Shown: positions 38,255-51,556, numbered from the stretch's first letter. The stretch is 64,000 nucleotides of DNA from Thermoanaerobaculia bacterium (GCA_963816185.1 CAWFJJ010000028.1:192001-256000); one strand, 5' to 3'. Notes: a model not told the origin generated them from the sequence alone. Numbers and translations are program-made.

Positions 38255-39541
38255 TCAAAGGCGACCGAGACGCCTTTTCAGCAGAACGATCTCGAGGGCC
38301 GTCGCGGCCATGGCCGCGAGGCGCTTCAGCGCCGGCACCGATGGAGGGCGCTCCTCGGACTCGGCCTCGCCGTAGAGGTAGAGAACGGTCTTGCCTTTGA
38401 GGTTGACGGGAACGACGGCCATCAGCCCGAGACCGTCCGACCCGAGGGCCTCGAGCGTCGAGGCCGTTCCGGGCAGGTCCGGCTGCGGTCCGACGTAGAA
38501 CCCTTCGGTGTTGCGCAGCGTCGCGAAGACGGAGGGTTCCGTGTCGGGCAGATGAAGCGACGAAAACGCGGACGAGGCGGGCCGGGCGGCCCAACCCCGC
38601 ACGTGGTCGGGATACGCGACGAAGAGAGCCGCGCGGCGCACGTGGCGCATCGATTCTTCGAGCACGGCGTCGGCGATGTCGTCACGGCTTCGCGCCGCGC
38701 CCAGGCGCGCGACGAGTCGCTCTTCGCCCTCCGGCTCGCCCCCGACCTCGACGTCCGGCTCCTCGAGCCGGTGCGGGAACTCCATCGAGTCCGGCTCCGG
38801 GTCGATGGACGCGAGCGGATCCTCGAAGATTTCCGACTCCATGAGCCGCGCGGTGACCGCGAGCGAGGCCGCCGGTGTGAGATCGGCCGCGGCCTGCCAC
38901 GGGTCACCCTGATCGAGACGCCGTGCGCGTTGCGGGTAGGGGGACGTGAGGTCGGGCGGCGGGGGCGGCACGACGCGCAGATCCGGCCGGCTCTTCGGAC
39001 GTGGCACCCGCGCGGGCTGCGTCGGCTCGTCCGGATCCAGGTCGGTGGCGGGCTGGGTCTCGCGGAGGAATGCGGCTGCCGAAAGGTAACGGGGCTCGAC
39101 GTCGGCGGCGTAATAGCGGTAGAGAAGCGCGTAGATGCGCACTTCGAGCGCGGCGTGCGGGACGATGCGGAAACCCGTGAGGGCCGTGAGCTCGTCGAGA
39201 GCAGGGAGGTCGCCGGGATCGCGCATCGCGACGGCGAGGCTGCGTCCGTCCCTGCGAAAGGGCACGGCGTGCAGGCGCTGGGCGACGCGGCCGGGCACGA
39301 GGCGCAGGACGTCGGCGCGTATCTGCTCGAGCGCCTCCGGCGAGGCCGGTGGGACCCGGTGCTGGACGGAGAGGCCGTGGAGAACGATCTCCTCGGACGC
39401 TTCTTCCTCGAGCAGCGCCGTCCCGATCCGCCCCTGCTGGCGGATCTGCCGCATCACGGCGCGGTTTCGCTGCTCGTCGGTGATGAGTGTCTTTTCGATG
39501 AGGAGGTCGCCCAGCCGCGGCATGATTCCTCGAAACTCCAT
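38255..39541 (-). CDS. MshEN/T2SSE_N domain protein without ATPase, with C-terminal GAF-like region
   Basis: RLGDLL...ITDEQ...Q...GRIG..LL, VPF...LAVAMRDP.D...DEL...TG, Pro-rich linker. No Walker A. Confidence 0.75.
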   Translation of the reverse strand: MEFRGIMPRLGDLLIEKTLITDEQRNRAVMRQIRQQGRIGTALLEEEASEEIVLHGLSVQHRVPPASPEALEQIRADVLRLVPGRVAQRLHAVPFRRDGRSLAVAMRDPGDLPALDELTALTGFRIVPHAALEVRIYALLYRYYAADVEPRYLSAAAFLRETQPATDLDPDEPTQPARVPRPKSRPDLRVVPPPPPDLTSPYPQRARRLDQGDPWQAAADLTPAASLAVTARLMESEIFEDPLASIDPEPDSMEFPHRLEEPDVEVGGEPEGEERLVARLGAARSRDDIADAVLEESMRHVRRAALFVAYPDHVRGWAARPASSAFSSLHLPDTEPSVFATLRNTEGFYVGPQPDLPGTASTLEALGSDGLGLMAVVPVNLKGKTVLYLYGEAESEERPPSVPALKRLAAMAATALEIVLLKRRLGRL

Positions 39542-39573
39542 CTTACACGGCGTCTCCCTGTAGAATCGCGAGC

Positions 39574-39978
39574 ATGAGCGAGCGGCCCATTCGCGTTCTG
39601 GTCGCGAAGCCCGGCCTCGACGGGCACGATCGCGGCGCGAAGGTCATCGCGCGCGCGCTTCGCGACGCCGGCATGGAGGTCATTTACTCCGGCCTGAGGC
39701 AGACGCCCCGACAGATCGCCGCCGCGGCCGTCCAGGAAGACGTCGACGTCGTGGGTCTTTCGATCCTCTCCGGCGCCCACAACGTCCTCGTGCCCGAGGT
39801 CATCGACGCCCTGAAGGAAAGCGGCGGCGGAAGCATCGCCGTCGTCGTCGGCGGAATCATTCCCGAGAAGGACATCGCTCCGCTCAAGGCCCGGGGCGTC
39901 CGCGACATCTTTCTTCCGGGAACGACCACCGGCGCCACGGTCGATGCCATCCGCCGCCTCGCGGGCGAGCGGGCGTGA
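39574..39978 (+). CDS. Cobalamin-binding domain of acyl-CoA mutase (methylmalonyl-CoA mutase small subunit-like)
   Basis: [10 protein letters not shown] (DXHXXG), [14 protein letters not shown]. Confidence 0.93.
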   Translation: MSERPIRVLVAKPGLDGHDRGAKVIARALRDAGMEVIYSGLRQTPRQIAAAAVQEDVDVVGLSILSGAHNVLVPEVIDALKESGGGSIAVVVGGIIPEKDIAPLKARGVRDIFLPGTTTGATVDAIRRLAGERA

Positions 39979-41588
39979 GCGAAGTCCTCGTCTCGCAACT
40001 CTCCACGTCCTCTCCGGAATTCCGGGAGAATGCCGCCCACCACCGCACGCTCGCCGCGCGCCTGAACGGCGAGCTTGCAAAGGTCCGGGAAGGCGGAGGA
40101 GAGAAAGAGCGTGCGCGGCACGTCGCGCGCGGCAAGCTTCCGGTCCGCGAGCGCCTCGAGCGCCTCCTCGATCCGGGGACCGCCTTTCTCGAGGTCGCGC
40201 CCCTCGCGGGCTGGGGTCTCTACGGAGACGCCGCGCCCGGCGCGGGCCTCGTCACCGGAGTGGGCCGCGTCTCCGGCCGTGAGGTCGTCGTCGTCGCGAA
40301 CGACGCGACGGTGAAGGGCGGCACGTATTACCCGGTCAGTGTGAAGAAGCACCTGAGGGCGCAGGAGATCGCGATGGAGAACGCGCTTCCGGCGGTCTAC
40401 CTCGTGGATTCGGGCGGCGCGTTCCTGCCGCTGCAGGCCGAGGTGTTTCCCGACCGGGACCACTTCGGCCGCATCTTCTACAACCAGGCGCGCATGAGCG
40501 CGGCGCGCCTCCCGCAGATCGCGGCCGTGCTCGGCTCGTGCACGGCGGGCGGCGCTTACGTACCCGCGATGTCGGATGAGACCGTCATCGTGAAGAACCA
40601 GGGGACGATCTTTCTCGCGGGCCCGCCGCTCGTGAAGGCCGCGACCGGGGAAGACGTGACCGCCGAGGAGCTCGGCGGGGGCGACGTGCACACGCGCCTT
40701 TCGGGCGTCGCGGACCACCTCGCCGAGGACGACGCCGACGCGCTCGAGAAGGTGCGCGACATCGTCGCCCATCTCGGGGGCGCGCCGCGCGACGCGCCGG
40801 GCCGCGTCGAGCCCGAGGAGCCCCGATACCCCGCGGACGAGCTCTACGGCGTCGTCCCGAAAGATCTTCGCAGGCCGTATGACGTGCGCGAGCTGCTGGC
40901 GCGGATCCTCGACGGATCGCGCTTCCACGAGTTCAAGCCGCGGTACGGGGCCACGCTCGTGACGGGCTTTGGCCACGTCTCGGGCTTTCCCGTGGCCATC
41001 CTCGCGAACAACGGCGTTCTCTTCTCCGAGTCGGCGCTCAAGGCGACGCATTTCATCGAGATGGCGTGCCAGCGCGAGGTGCCGCTCGTCTTCTTCCAGA
41101 ACATCACGGGGTTCATGGTCGGAAAGACGTACGAGCAGGGCGGCATCGCGAAGGACGGCGCCAAGATGGTCCATGCGGTCGCGAATGCCGCCGTCCCGAA
41201 GTTCACGCTTCTCGTCGGAGGCTCCTTCGGCGCAGGCAACTACGGGATGTGCGGACGCGCGTACCAGCCGCGCTTTCTCTGGACGTGGCCGAACGCCCGG
41301 ATCAGCGTCATGGGAGGCGAGCAGGCGGCGGACGTTCTGGCGACCGTCAAGGACGACCAGCGCCTCAGGGAGGGAACGGCGAAGATGACCGAAGCGGAAC
41401 GGAACGCGTTCAAGAAGCCCACTCTGGAGAAGTACGAGGTCGAAGGGAATCCCTATTTCGCCACGGGGCGCCTGTGGGACGACGGGATCCTGGACCCGGT
41501 CGAGACGCGACGCGTCCTCGCGCTCGGTCTGGCAGCCGCCGCGAACGCGCCGCGCCGTGAGACACGCTTCGGCGTGTTCCGGATGTAG
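39975..41588 (+). CDS. liuB: 3-methylcrotonyl-CoA carboxylase, carboxyltransferase (beta) subunit
   Basis: [51 protein letters not shown]. Confidence 0.93.
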   Translation: MSEVLVSQLSTSSPEFRENAAHHRTLAARLNGELAKVREGGGEKERARHVARGKLPVRERLERLLDPGTAFLEVAPLAGWGLYGDAAPGAGLVTGVGRVSGREVVVVANDATVKGGTYYPVSVKKHLRAQEIAMENALPAVYLVDSGGAFLPLQAEVFPDRDHFGRIFYNQARMSAARLPQIAAVLGSCTAGGAYVPAMSDETVIVKNQGTIFLAGPPLVKAATGEDVTAEELGGGDVHTRLSGVADHLAEDDADALEKVRDIVAHLGGAPRDAPGRVEPEEPRYPADELYGVVPKDLRRPYDVRELLARILDGSRFHEFKPRYGATLVTGFGHVSGFPVAILANNGVLFSESALKATHFIEMACQREVPLVFFQNITGFMVGKTYEQGGIAKDGAKMVHAVANAAVPKFTLLVGGSFGAGNYGMCGRAYQPRFLWTWPNARISVMGGEQAADVLATVKDDQRLREGTAKMTEAERNAFKKPTLEKYEVEGNPYFATGRLWDDGILDPVETRRVLALGLAAAANAPRRETRFGVFRM

Positions 41589-41590
41589 AC

Positions 41591-42430
41591 ATGAGGCGCG
41601 CCTTCCTTCCGTTGCTTTTCGCGGTCCTTCTGCCGCTCGTGTCGCGCGCGGATCAGCGCCTCGACTGCGGCACCGTGGATGCTCTCGAAGTCACGTCTCT
41701 GACCCGGACGAAGGTCACGGCGTTTCTGCGCACGTCCCTCCCGGGTACGCCCGAGGGGGGCAAACAGAAGTTCTCGGGTGAGATCGCCGTAGCGAACACG
41801 CCGCTGCCGATCGCACCTTCCCTGACGGCGATGGTCCAGCAGGGGCCTGGAGGAAACGCCGTTGTGCTCCTCGTGGATCTCGAGCTTGCGAGGATTCCCC
41901 AGGCTCTTCTCTCGCGGCTCCATCCGCTCGCGCTCGACGTGATGGTCAACGGCTTGCTCGCGGGTGCGACCGGGCCGCCGGTGCCTGTCTGCGCGGTAGG
42001 AATCCTGAAGGTCGGAACGCAGGACGTGCGATCGTCGGCGCCCATGGGCGCCACGCTCGCGGGTTTTTCCGGGGCGCGCTTCACGGGAATGTCGCTGACC
42101 GAGATGGAGGGGCAGGCCACGGCGACGTTTTTCAACCCGCTCTCGTTTCCTCTCGACGTGAAGGACCTCGTGTACGCCGTGTGGGTGGGCGACCGGAAGC
42201 TCGCCGAAGGCGAGCGTCACGGCGTCAGGCTCCACCCGGGCCGCGAGAACGCGATCGAGCTTCCGATCAGCGCCGCAAACGCCGATCTTCTGGCCGCCCT
42301 CGGCGGCGTGGTGACGGGAGGCGGCCGCGTCGCCGGCAGGCTCGTCGCGCGCGTCTCCCTGCGCGTCGGCAAGGATCAGCTTCTCACGGTTCCGCTCGAC
42401 CTTCCCGGGTCGGTCCAGGTGATGCGATGA
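41591..42430 (+). CDS. Secreted LEA_2/WHy domain protein
   Basis: Signal peptide. NPLSFPL...Y.V.V....LAEG signature. Confidence 0.7.
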   Translation: MRRAFLPLLFAVLLPLVSRADQRLDCGTVDALEVTSLTRTKVTAFLRTSLPGTPEGGKQKFSGEIAVANTPLPIAPSLTAMVQQGPGGNAVVLLVDLELARIPQALLSRLHPLALDVMVNGLLAGATGPPVPVCAVGILKVGTQDVRSSAPMGATLAGFSGARFTGMSLTEMEGQATATFFNPLSFPLDVKDLVYAVWVGDRKLAEGERHGVRLHPGRENAIELPISAANADLLAALGGVVTGGGRVAGRLVARVSLRVGKDQLLTVPLDLPGSVQVMR

Positions 42431-43236
42431 GCGACTCCGGCGTCCTACTCGAGCGCGCGTCTGATCCGCGGATCGCGCGCCTCATCCTGAACCGTCCGGC
42501 CCGCCGAAACGCCTTCGACGGCGAGCTCGTGGCCCTCCTGCAGCGCGCGGTGCGAGAGCTGGCATCGGACGCGACGACCCGCGTCATCGAGCTCTCCGGC
42601 GCGGGCAAGACGTTTTGCGCCGGCGCCGACATCGACTGGATGAAGAAGGTCGCGGGCTTCACGATGCAGGAAAACCTCCGCGATTCGGCGGAGCTGGCGT
42701 CGCTCTTCCGCGCGTTCGACGAGCTGGCGAAGCCGATCGTGGCGCGTGTCCAGGGCGCGGCTCTGGGAGGAGGGACAGGCCTCGTCGCCGTGTGCGACGT
42801 CGTCGTCGCGGCCGAGAACGCCATTTTCGGCACGACCGAGGTGAGGCTCGGAGTGATTCCCGCCGTCATCTCGCCCTACCTCGTGCACAAGGTCGGAGAA
42901 TCGCGCGCGCGGGCGTGGTTCGTCACGGGAGAGCGCGTCTCGGCGGAAGAGGCCCGGCAGGCCGGGCTCGTGCACCGCGTCGTCCCGGAGAAGGATCTCG
43001 CCACCACAGCACGAATGGTCCTCGACGCGATCCTGCTCGGTGGCCCTGAGGCCGTGGCCGAGGCCAAGCACCTGGCGCGCGCCGTCGCCTCGATGCAGCT
43101 CCGGGACGCCACGAACATGGCGATCCAGCGCCTGGGCGAGCGACGCGCTTCGGCCGAAGGGCGAGAGGGCCTCGCGGCGTTCCTGGAGAAGCGCAAGCCG
43201 TCCTGGGCGGTGGAGCCGCCTGCGAAGAAGACGTGA
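42427..43236 (+). CDS. liuC: Enoyl-CoA hydratase (methylglutaconyl-CoA hydratase-like)
   Basis: LNRPARRNAF, FCAGADIDWM, ALGGGTGL, TEVRLGVIPA, FLEKRKP. Confidence 0.88.
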   Translation: MSDSGVLLERASDPRIARLILNRPARRNAFDGELVALLQRAVRELASDATTRVIELSGAGKTFCAGADIDWMKKVAGFTMQENLRDSAELASLFRAFDELAKPIVARVQGAALGGGTGLVAVCDVVVAAENAIFGTTEVRLGVIPAVISPYLVHKVGESRARAWFVTGERVSAEEARQAGLVHRVVPEKDLATTARMVLDAILLGGPEAVAEAKHLARAVASMQLRDATNMAIQRLGERRASAEGREGLAAFLEKRKPSWAVEPPAKKT

Positions 43237-44816
43237 CGAAGCTCCCGCGGCTCGGCCGCATTCTCGTCGCGAATCGCGGCGAGATCGCGGTGCGCGTGAT
43301 CCGCGCCTGTCGGACTGCCGGGGTCCCGGCCGTTGCGGTGTACTCCGACGCCGATCGCTCCGCGCGCCACGTCGCCCTCGCCGACGCGGCCGCGCACCTC
43401 GGCCCCGCGCCTGCGCGCGAGTCGTACCTTTCGATTCCGCGCCTTCTCGCGGCGGCGCGCGAGACCGGCTGCGGCGCCGTGCATCCCGGCTACGGGTTTC
43501 TCTCGGAGAACGCGGATTTCGCACGGGCGGTGAGGGACGCGGGACTCGTCTGGATCGGTCCGCCTCCCGAGGCGATGGAGGCGATGGGATCGAAGATCGC
43601 TGCGAGAGAAAGAATGAGGACGGCCGGAGTTCCGGTCGTCCCGGGCGCGCTCATTGAAGGATCCGAAGAGCACGAAGAGAAGAAGAGGATTTCTTCGAAT
43701 GGTAAAGAGGCTGAGGGCAGCGCAGCCGCTCGTCGAGCGGCGCTGACGCATCCCGAAACCTCTGGCACTTTCTCAGAAAATCTTTCTTCGGTTCTCTCTC
43801 TCGGTTTTCCCGTCGTCGTGAAGGCGTCTGCCGGCGGGGGCGGCAAGGGAATGAGGATCGTGGCGTGCCCCTCCGATCTTTCCGAGGCAATAGATTCCTG
43901 CCGCCGTGAGGCGCTCGCCGCGTTTGGGGATTCCACGGTCTATGTCGAGAAATACCTACCTTCGCCCCGCCACATCGAGGTGCAGGTATTCGGCGACACG
44001 CACGGGAACGTGGTCGCGCTCGGCGAGCGCGAGTGCTCGCTCCAAAGGCGCCACCAGAAGGTCATCGAGGAGTGTCCCTCGCCCGCCGTGACGCCGGAGC
44101 TTCGAACACGCCTCCAGAACGCCGCCTGCGATGCGGCGCGCGCCGTGGGTTACGTTAACGCGGGGACGGTCGAGTTCCTGCTCGAGCCCTCCGGAGAGTT
44201 CTACTTCCTCGAGATGAACACGCGCCTTCAGGTCGAGCATCCCGTGACGGAAGAGGCCTTCGGCGTGGACCTCGTCGCTCTGCAGCTCCTCGTCGCCGCA
44301 GGCGAGCCTCTGCCCGATCTCCCCACCACGCCCACGGCGCACGCGATGGAAGCGCGCGTCTACGCGGAGGATCCCGACGCGGGTTTCCTTCCGCAAGCCG
44401 GGCATCTCCTCTCGTGGGTCGAGCCTTCGGGACCGGGCGTTCGCGTGGACTCGGGCGTGACGGCCGGCCAGACGGTGGATGTTCACTACGACCCCCTGCT
44501 CGCGAAGATCGTCGCGAAAGGGCGGGACCGGGAGGAGGCACGAGGGCGGCTCGTCGCGGCGCTCGGCGAGACGATCGCTCTCGGCGTGGCGACGAATCTC
44601 TCGTGGCTGAGACGGTTGCTCGAGGCCGCTCCGGTCGTGCGCGGAGATCTGAACACCGGCCTCGTCGAGACGCTTTCGCTCCCCGCGCCTCCATCCCCTC
44701 CGGACGAGGTCTTCGAAGCCGCCTCCTCGGTTCTCTCTCGTGCCGAGCCCGGAAGAAGGTCTCGAGGCGTCCTTTCGAGTCCGTTCGAGGGGCGGTTTCG
44801 GATGGGCGGCGCTTGA
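43233..44816 (+). CDS. Biotin carboxylase subunit (MCC alpha N-part) with ~33-aa in-frame insertion
   Basis: ANRGEIA, HPGYGFLSEN, KASAGGGGKGMR, ECSLQRRHQK, EMNTRLQVEHPVTE. Confidence 0.94.
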   Translation: MTKLPRLGRILVANRGEIAVRVIRACRTAGVPAVAVYSDADRSARHVALADAAAHLGPAPARESYLSIPRLLAAARETGCGAVHPGYGFLSENADFARAVRDAGLVWIGPPPEAMEAMGSKIAARERMRTAGVPVVPGALIEGSEEHEEKKRISSNGKEAEGSAAARRAALTHPETSGTFSENLSSVLSLGFPVVVKASAGGGGKGMRIVACPSDLSEAIDSCRREALAAFGDSTVYVEKYLPSPRHIEVQVFGDTHGNVVALGERECSLQRRHQKVIEECPSPAVTPELRTRLQNAACDAARAVGYVNAGTVEFLLEPSGEFYFLEMNTRLQVEHPVTEEAFGVDLVALQLLVAAGEPLPDLPTTPTAHAMEARVYAEDPDAGFLPQAGHLLSWVEPSGPGVRVDSGVTAGQTVDVHYDPLLAKIVAKGRDREEARGRLVAALGETIALGVATNLSWLRRLLEAAPVVRGDLNTGLVETLSLPAPPSPPDEVFEAASSVLSRAEPGRRSRGVLSSPFEGRFRMGGA

Positions 44817-45193
44817 AGCTGCGCGACCTGCGAACGGGAGAGGAGCGCGAGGTCGCGGGGGACGTTCCGCCCGGCGCGGTGGCCGCGCGCGACGGCGACG
44901 TCGCCTGGGTCTGGTTCCGGGGCGAGACGTACCGTCTCTCACCGGCCCGTTCGCGCCGCGCCGCTCGTGCCGGCGAGGAGGCGCCGTCGCTCGAGGCGCC
45001 GATGCCGGGCCGGATCGCGGCCGTCCGTGTCGCGTGCGGAGCATCCGTCTCGAAGGGAGACGTCCTCGTCGTCGTCGAAGCGATGAAGATGGAACACGCG
45101 GTGCGCGCCCCGAAAGACGGGACCGTGGAGAGAGTTCTCGTCTCCGAGGGCCAGATGGTCGGCCTCGGCGACGTCCTCGTGGAGATGGCGTGA
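44813..45193 (+). CDS. Biotin carboxyl carrier protein
   Basis: APMPG, EAMKME biotinylation motif. TTG start overlaps the upstream TGA. Confidence 0.88.
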   Translation: MKLRDLRTGEEREVAGDVPPGAVAARDGDVAWVWFRGETYRLSPARSRRAARAGEEAPSLEAPMPGRIAAVRVACGASVSKGDVLVVVEAMKMEHAVRAPKDGTVERVLVSEGQMVGLGDVLVEMA

Positions 45194-46107
45194 ACGCGAC
45201 ACGCGTCACCGTCGTCGAGGTCGGCCCGCGCGACGGCCTTCAGAACGAGGCGACGGCGGTCCCGACGGACGTGAAGGTCGCGTTCGTCGACGCGCTCTCG
45301 GCGGCGGGCCTGCCCGTCGTGGAGGCGACGGCGTTCGTCTCGCAGAAGTCGATTCCGCAGCTCGCGGACTGCGAGGAGGTCTTCCGGCGGATCGCGAAGC
45401 GCCCGGGCGTGCGTTATCCGGTCCTCGTCCCGAACGAGAAGGGGCTGGACCGGGCCGAGGCGGCTGGCGCGCGCGAGATCGCGGTCTTCACGGCGGCGTC
45501 GGAGACGTTCAACCGGAAGAACATCAACGCCTCGATCGACGAGTCGTTCGTACGCTTTTCGCCCGTGATCCGGCGCGCGTTAGAGTCCGGAATGCGCGTG
45601 CGCGGGTACGTGTCGTGCGCGTTCGGCTGCCCGTACGAGGGGGCGATTCCGCCGGCCGCGCCCGCTCGCGTCGCGCGGAGGCTGCTCGACGCGGGGTGCG
45701 ACGAAGTTTCCATCGGCGACACGATCGGCGTCGGCGTGCCCACACAGGTTCCCGAGGTGGTCGGCCGCTGCGTAGACGCGGGCGTACCGCGCGCGCGCCT
45801 CGCGCTCCATTTCCACGATACGCGCGGAACGGCGCTTGCGAACGTGGCCGAGGGTCTGAGGCAGGGCGTCCGGATCTTCGACTCCTCGGCAGGGGGTCTC
45901 GGCGGCTGCCCATACGCTCCCGGGGCTTCGGGAAACGTCGCCACGGAGGACCTTCTCTATCTCCTGCACGGCATGGGTTACGAAACGGGCGTGGACCTTT
46001 CCCTGGTCGCGTCGGCCACCCGGACCCTGTCGGACGCGATCGGGCGGCGCCCGGCGTCGCGCGTCTATCAGGCTCTCGAGTCGGCCCGCGGGCCGCGGCC
46101 GGTGTAA
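45190..46107 (+). CDS. liuE: Hydroxymethylglutaryl-CoA lyase
   Basis: EVGPRDGLQNE, GDTIG, HFHDTRG, GLGGCPYAPGASGN. Confidence 0.95.
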   Translation: MNATRVTVVEVGPRDGLQNEATAVPTDVKVAFVDALSAAGLPVVEATAFVSQKSIPQLADCEEVFRRIAKRPGVRYPVLVPNEKGLDRAEAAGAREIAVFTAASETFNRKNINASIDESFVRFSPVIRRALESGMRVRGYVSCAFGCPYEGAIPPAAPARVARRLLDAGCDEVSIGDTIGVGVPTQVPEVVGRCVDAGVPRARLALHFHDTRGTALANVAEGLRQGVRIFDSSAGGLGGCPYAPGASGNVATEDLLYLLHGMGYETGVDLSLVASATRTLSDAIGRRPASRVYQALESARGPRPV

Positions 46108-46141
46108 ACTGGGGCGACACCTTACCCTGCGAGGAGATCGA

Positions 46142-47248
46142 ATGCCGTATCGGATTCTCTTGGCGGACGACAGTCTGACCATCCAGAAGGTCATCGAGCT
46201 GACGTTCTCGGGTACGGATTTCGAGCTCAAGGCTGTCGGAAACGGCGATCTCGCGCCGCCTCTCCTCGATTCGTTCTCTCCCGACATCGTCCTCGCGGAT
46301 TGCGTCATGCCGGGCAAGACCGGGTACGAGCTGTGCGAGGAAGTCAAGCGGCGACCCGGCGGCCGATTCGTGCCCGTGGTCCTCCTCACGGGGACTTTCG
46401 AGCCTTTCGACAAGCCGCGTGCCGAGCAGGCGGGCGCCGACTCGGTCGTGACGAAGCCATTCGACTCGCAGGGACTCGCCACGCTCGTGCGGGACCTCGT
46501 GAACCGAGCCGCTGAAGAGCGAGCCGCTGCGCCTCCCGAGCCCCCTCCGCCGCCAGAGCCCCCTCCCGCGCCGGAATTCGTCCCACCGCCTCCCGTCGAG
46601 GAGCTTGCTGAGTCCACCGACCCCACGCTCGGCGGCGGAGCGGCGTTCTCGACGGTTCCGATGCCCGCGACGACGGCGCCCGTTTCCGAGCCGGATTTCT
46701 ATGCGACCTCGGCAATCCCGGTCCATCGAGAGAGCGAGTTCGAGCCCCCTCCGGATTCAGAGGCCGCCTTCCTGCCGCCTTCCGATCAGCCCACGGAACG
46801 GGTTCCCCCGGTACCTGAACCCTCGCCGGCCGCGTACGAGATGGATCTGGGCGCTCTCGACGACGAGCCGCCCCATCGCGACCTCGAGGCGGACATCGCC
46901 GCGTTCGAGGCGTCCGGGCGCGGCGCCACCCGGCCGGATCTCTGGGACACGCCCGCCGCGAAAGCCGCGGTCGCCGCTTCGCTCGCTGAGCCCGCTCCGG
47001 GCGAGCTCGAAGCCCTCGCAGCCGAGGCGAGCCTGTCCGATCTCAAGAGCCTCATCCCGAAGGCAACGGCATCGGCCGCGGGGGCGCCCGCCGGGCCCCT
47101 CACTGATGACGAGATAGACCGCATCGCGCGGCGGGTTCTCGAGCTCTCCGGCGAGCGCATCGTCCGGAAGATCGCGTGGGACGTCGTGCCGGAGCTCGCC
47201 GAACGCCTCGTGAAAGAGCGCCTCGACGAGCTGGATAAGACGGAATAG
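46142..47248 (+). CDS. RomR-like response regulator (receiver, Pro/acidic linker, conserved C-terminal helix)
   Basis: ILLADDSLTIQKVIELTF receiver domain, Pro/Glu linker, C-terminal KIAWDVVPELAERLVKERL. Confidence 0.78.
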   Translation: MPYRILLADDSLTIQKVIELTFSGTDFELKAVGNGDLAPPLLDSFSPDIVLADCVMPGKTGYELCEEVKRRPGGRFVPVVLLTGTFEPFDKPRAEQAGADSVVTKPFDSQGLATLVRDLVNRAAEERAAAPPEPPPPPEPPPAPEFVPPPPVEELAESTDPTLGGGAAFSTVPMPATTAPVSEPDFYATSAIPVHRESEFEPPPDSEAAFLPPSDQPTERVPPVPEPSPAAYEMDLGALDDEPPHRDLEADIAAFEASGRGATRPDLWDTPAAKAAVAASLAEPAPGELEALAAEASLSDLKSLIPKATASAAGAPAGPLTDDEIDRIARRVLELSGERIVRKIAWDVVPELAERLVKERLDELDKTE

Positions 47249-47264
47249 AAAAGATTTCGGAAGA

Positions 47265-47372
47265 GAGATTTCCTAGAAGGTAAGAGGGCTTGCTGCACGG
47301 GCGTAGCGGACGCGGCGGCGGCGGTGCGGATGCAGCGTCCGGATCGCGCGCCTTCTAAGAACCTCTTCTTCT
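47265..47372. repeat. Paired TTCCTAGAA/TTCTAAGAA element, intergenic copy
   Basis: GAGATTTCCTAGAAGG (47265-47280) and CCTTCTAAGAACCTC (47351-47365), with outer purine and pyrimidine tracts. Confidence 0.82.
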
Positions 47373-47421
47373 CCCTGGTTTCCTGAGTCCTCCTTCCCAA
47401 ACCCGCGTAGCGGTCGGACCG

Positions 47422-48768
47422 CTAACCTACCTCGTGGGCGAGCACCAGCCCCCGGTCGAGGTGGTCGATGAGGACGTCCGCGCCCTCGAGGCCCACCGAA
47501 AGGCGGATGAGGCCGGGTGTGATGCCGCGCAGTACGCGATCCTCCTCGGGGACGACCGCGTGCGTCATCGAGGCGGGATGCTGGATGTACGAGATGGCCG
47601 AGCCGAGGCTCACGGCGAGCTCCATCGGCGTGTCCTTTCGCGCGAAGTAGTTCATCAGCTTCTCGCCGGCCGGCGCGCCCCCCACGACCTCGAAGCTGAT
47701 GATCGATCCGCCGTCGCGCATCTGCTTTTTCGCGAGCGCTGCCTGCGGGAAGTCCTCGAATCCGGGCCAGACGACACGTGAAACGCACGAGTGGTTCCTC
47801 AGGAAGGTCGCGACCGTCGCGGCGGTCTCCGATTGGGCCTGCTGCCGGGCCGCCAGGCTTTGCAGAGTCATCGAGTTCAGCCACGAGTCGAACGGAGACG
47901 GGGTCGCGCCCAGGTCCTTGTACCAGGGGAAAAGCGTCTCCTTCATGAACCTGAACGGCCCGAGGACGGCGCCGCCAACGGAAGTCGAGTGGCCGTTCAC
48001 GAACTTGGTGAGCGAGTGGACGACGAAGTCCGCGCCAAGGCGGAACGGCTGCTGAAGGTAAGGCGAGCAGAACGTGTTGTCGACGATGAGGACGATGCCG
48101 CGCTCTTCCGTCAGGCGCGAGATCGCCTCGATGTCGGCGAGTCGAAGAGTCGGGTTCTCGGGCGACTCGAGAAAGACCGTCGAGACTTCAGGATGCTCCT
48201 CGAGCGCGGCTTCGACGGCTACGAGGTCCCCCGTGTCGCAGAAGACCGAGCCGACCCCGAACTTCGCGAGGCCGCGCAGGAGGCTGTCCGTGCAGCCATA
48301 GATGTTCCCCGCGAGAACGGCGTCGCCCGACCTGACCAGGGAAAGGAGGAGCGCCGAGATCGCGCCCATCCCGGACGCGCAGATGAGGCACCCGATCGTG
48401 GGCTCGGTCTCGTCCTCGGCGAGAGCTTTCTCGATGACGTGCTCGGCCTCGAGCCGGAACAGGATGCGCTCGAGGTACTCGGTGGTCGGATTCCCGAGGC
48501 GCGTGTAGATGCGGGCGTACGGACGCTCGCCGCCACGGGACATCCCCAGAAAGCGGTCGGCGCCGTCCTTCACGCTGCGGAACGGGAACGTCGAGCGCTG
48601 GTGGATCGGCGGGAGACCCGTCCCCGCCGCGAGGGTGCGAAACAGGCCTTCCGGCATCTGTTTTTCAGCGTCGCGCACCCAGCGGGTCTTGCGATCGATC
48701 CACCAGTCCCAGAACGAGTGTCGGGCGGAGCCGAAGCGGACGGGGGACCTGCCGAGTGTCGTGCTCAT
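47422..48768 (-). CDS. PLP-dependent Cys/Met metabolism enzyme (methionine gamma-lyase-like)
   Basis: YTRLGNPT, SGMGAI, ESPENPT, VDNTF, HSLTKFVNGH (PLP Lys), AVSLG, HPASMTH, RLSVGLE. Confidence 0.9.
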   Translation of the reverse strand: MSTTLGRSPVRFGSARHSFWDWWIDRKTRWVRDAEKQMPEGLFRTLAAGTGLPPIHQRSTFPFRSVKDGADRFLGMSRGGERPYARIYTRLGNPTTEYLERILFRLEAEHVIEKALAEDETEPTIGCLICASGMGAISALLLSLVRSGDAVLAGNIYGCTDSLLRGLAKFGVGSVFCDTGDLVAVEAALEEHPEVSTVFLESPENPTLRLADIEAISRLTEERGIVLIVDNTFCSPYLQQPFRLGADFVVHSLTKFVNGHSTSVGGAVLGPFRFMKETLFPWYKDLGATPSPFDSWLNSMTLQSLAARQQAQSETAATVATFLRNHSCVSRVVWPGFEDFPQAALAKKQMRDGGSIISFEVVGGAPAGEKLMNYFARKDTPMELAVSLGSAISYIQHPASMTHAVVPEEDRVLRGITPGLIRLSVGLEGADVLIDHLDRGLVLAHEVG

Positions 48769-48887
48769 GTGTCGAATGTAGCGACTCGGGAAGGAGCGCG
48801 CCCCCGTGCAGATGCCTCATGCGGCCGGGTTTGCCGGGGGTCCCTTCCCCTAACCGGCGCCCTCGTGCGATCCTCTCGCGTTCCCCG

Positions 48888-51556
<2,669 letters not shown>

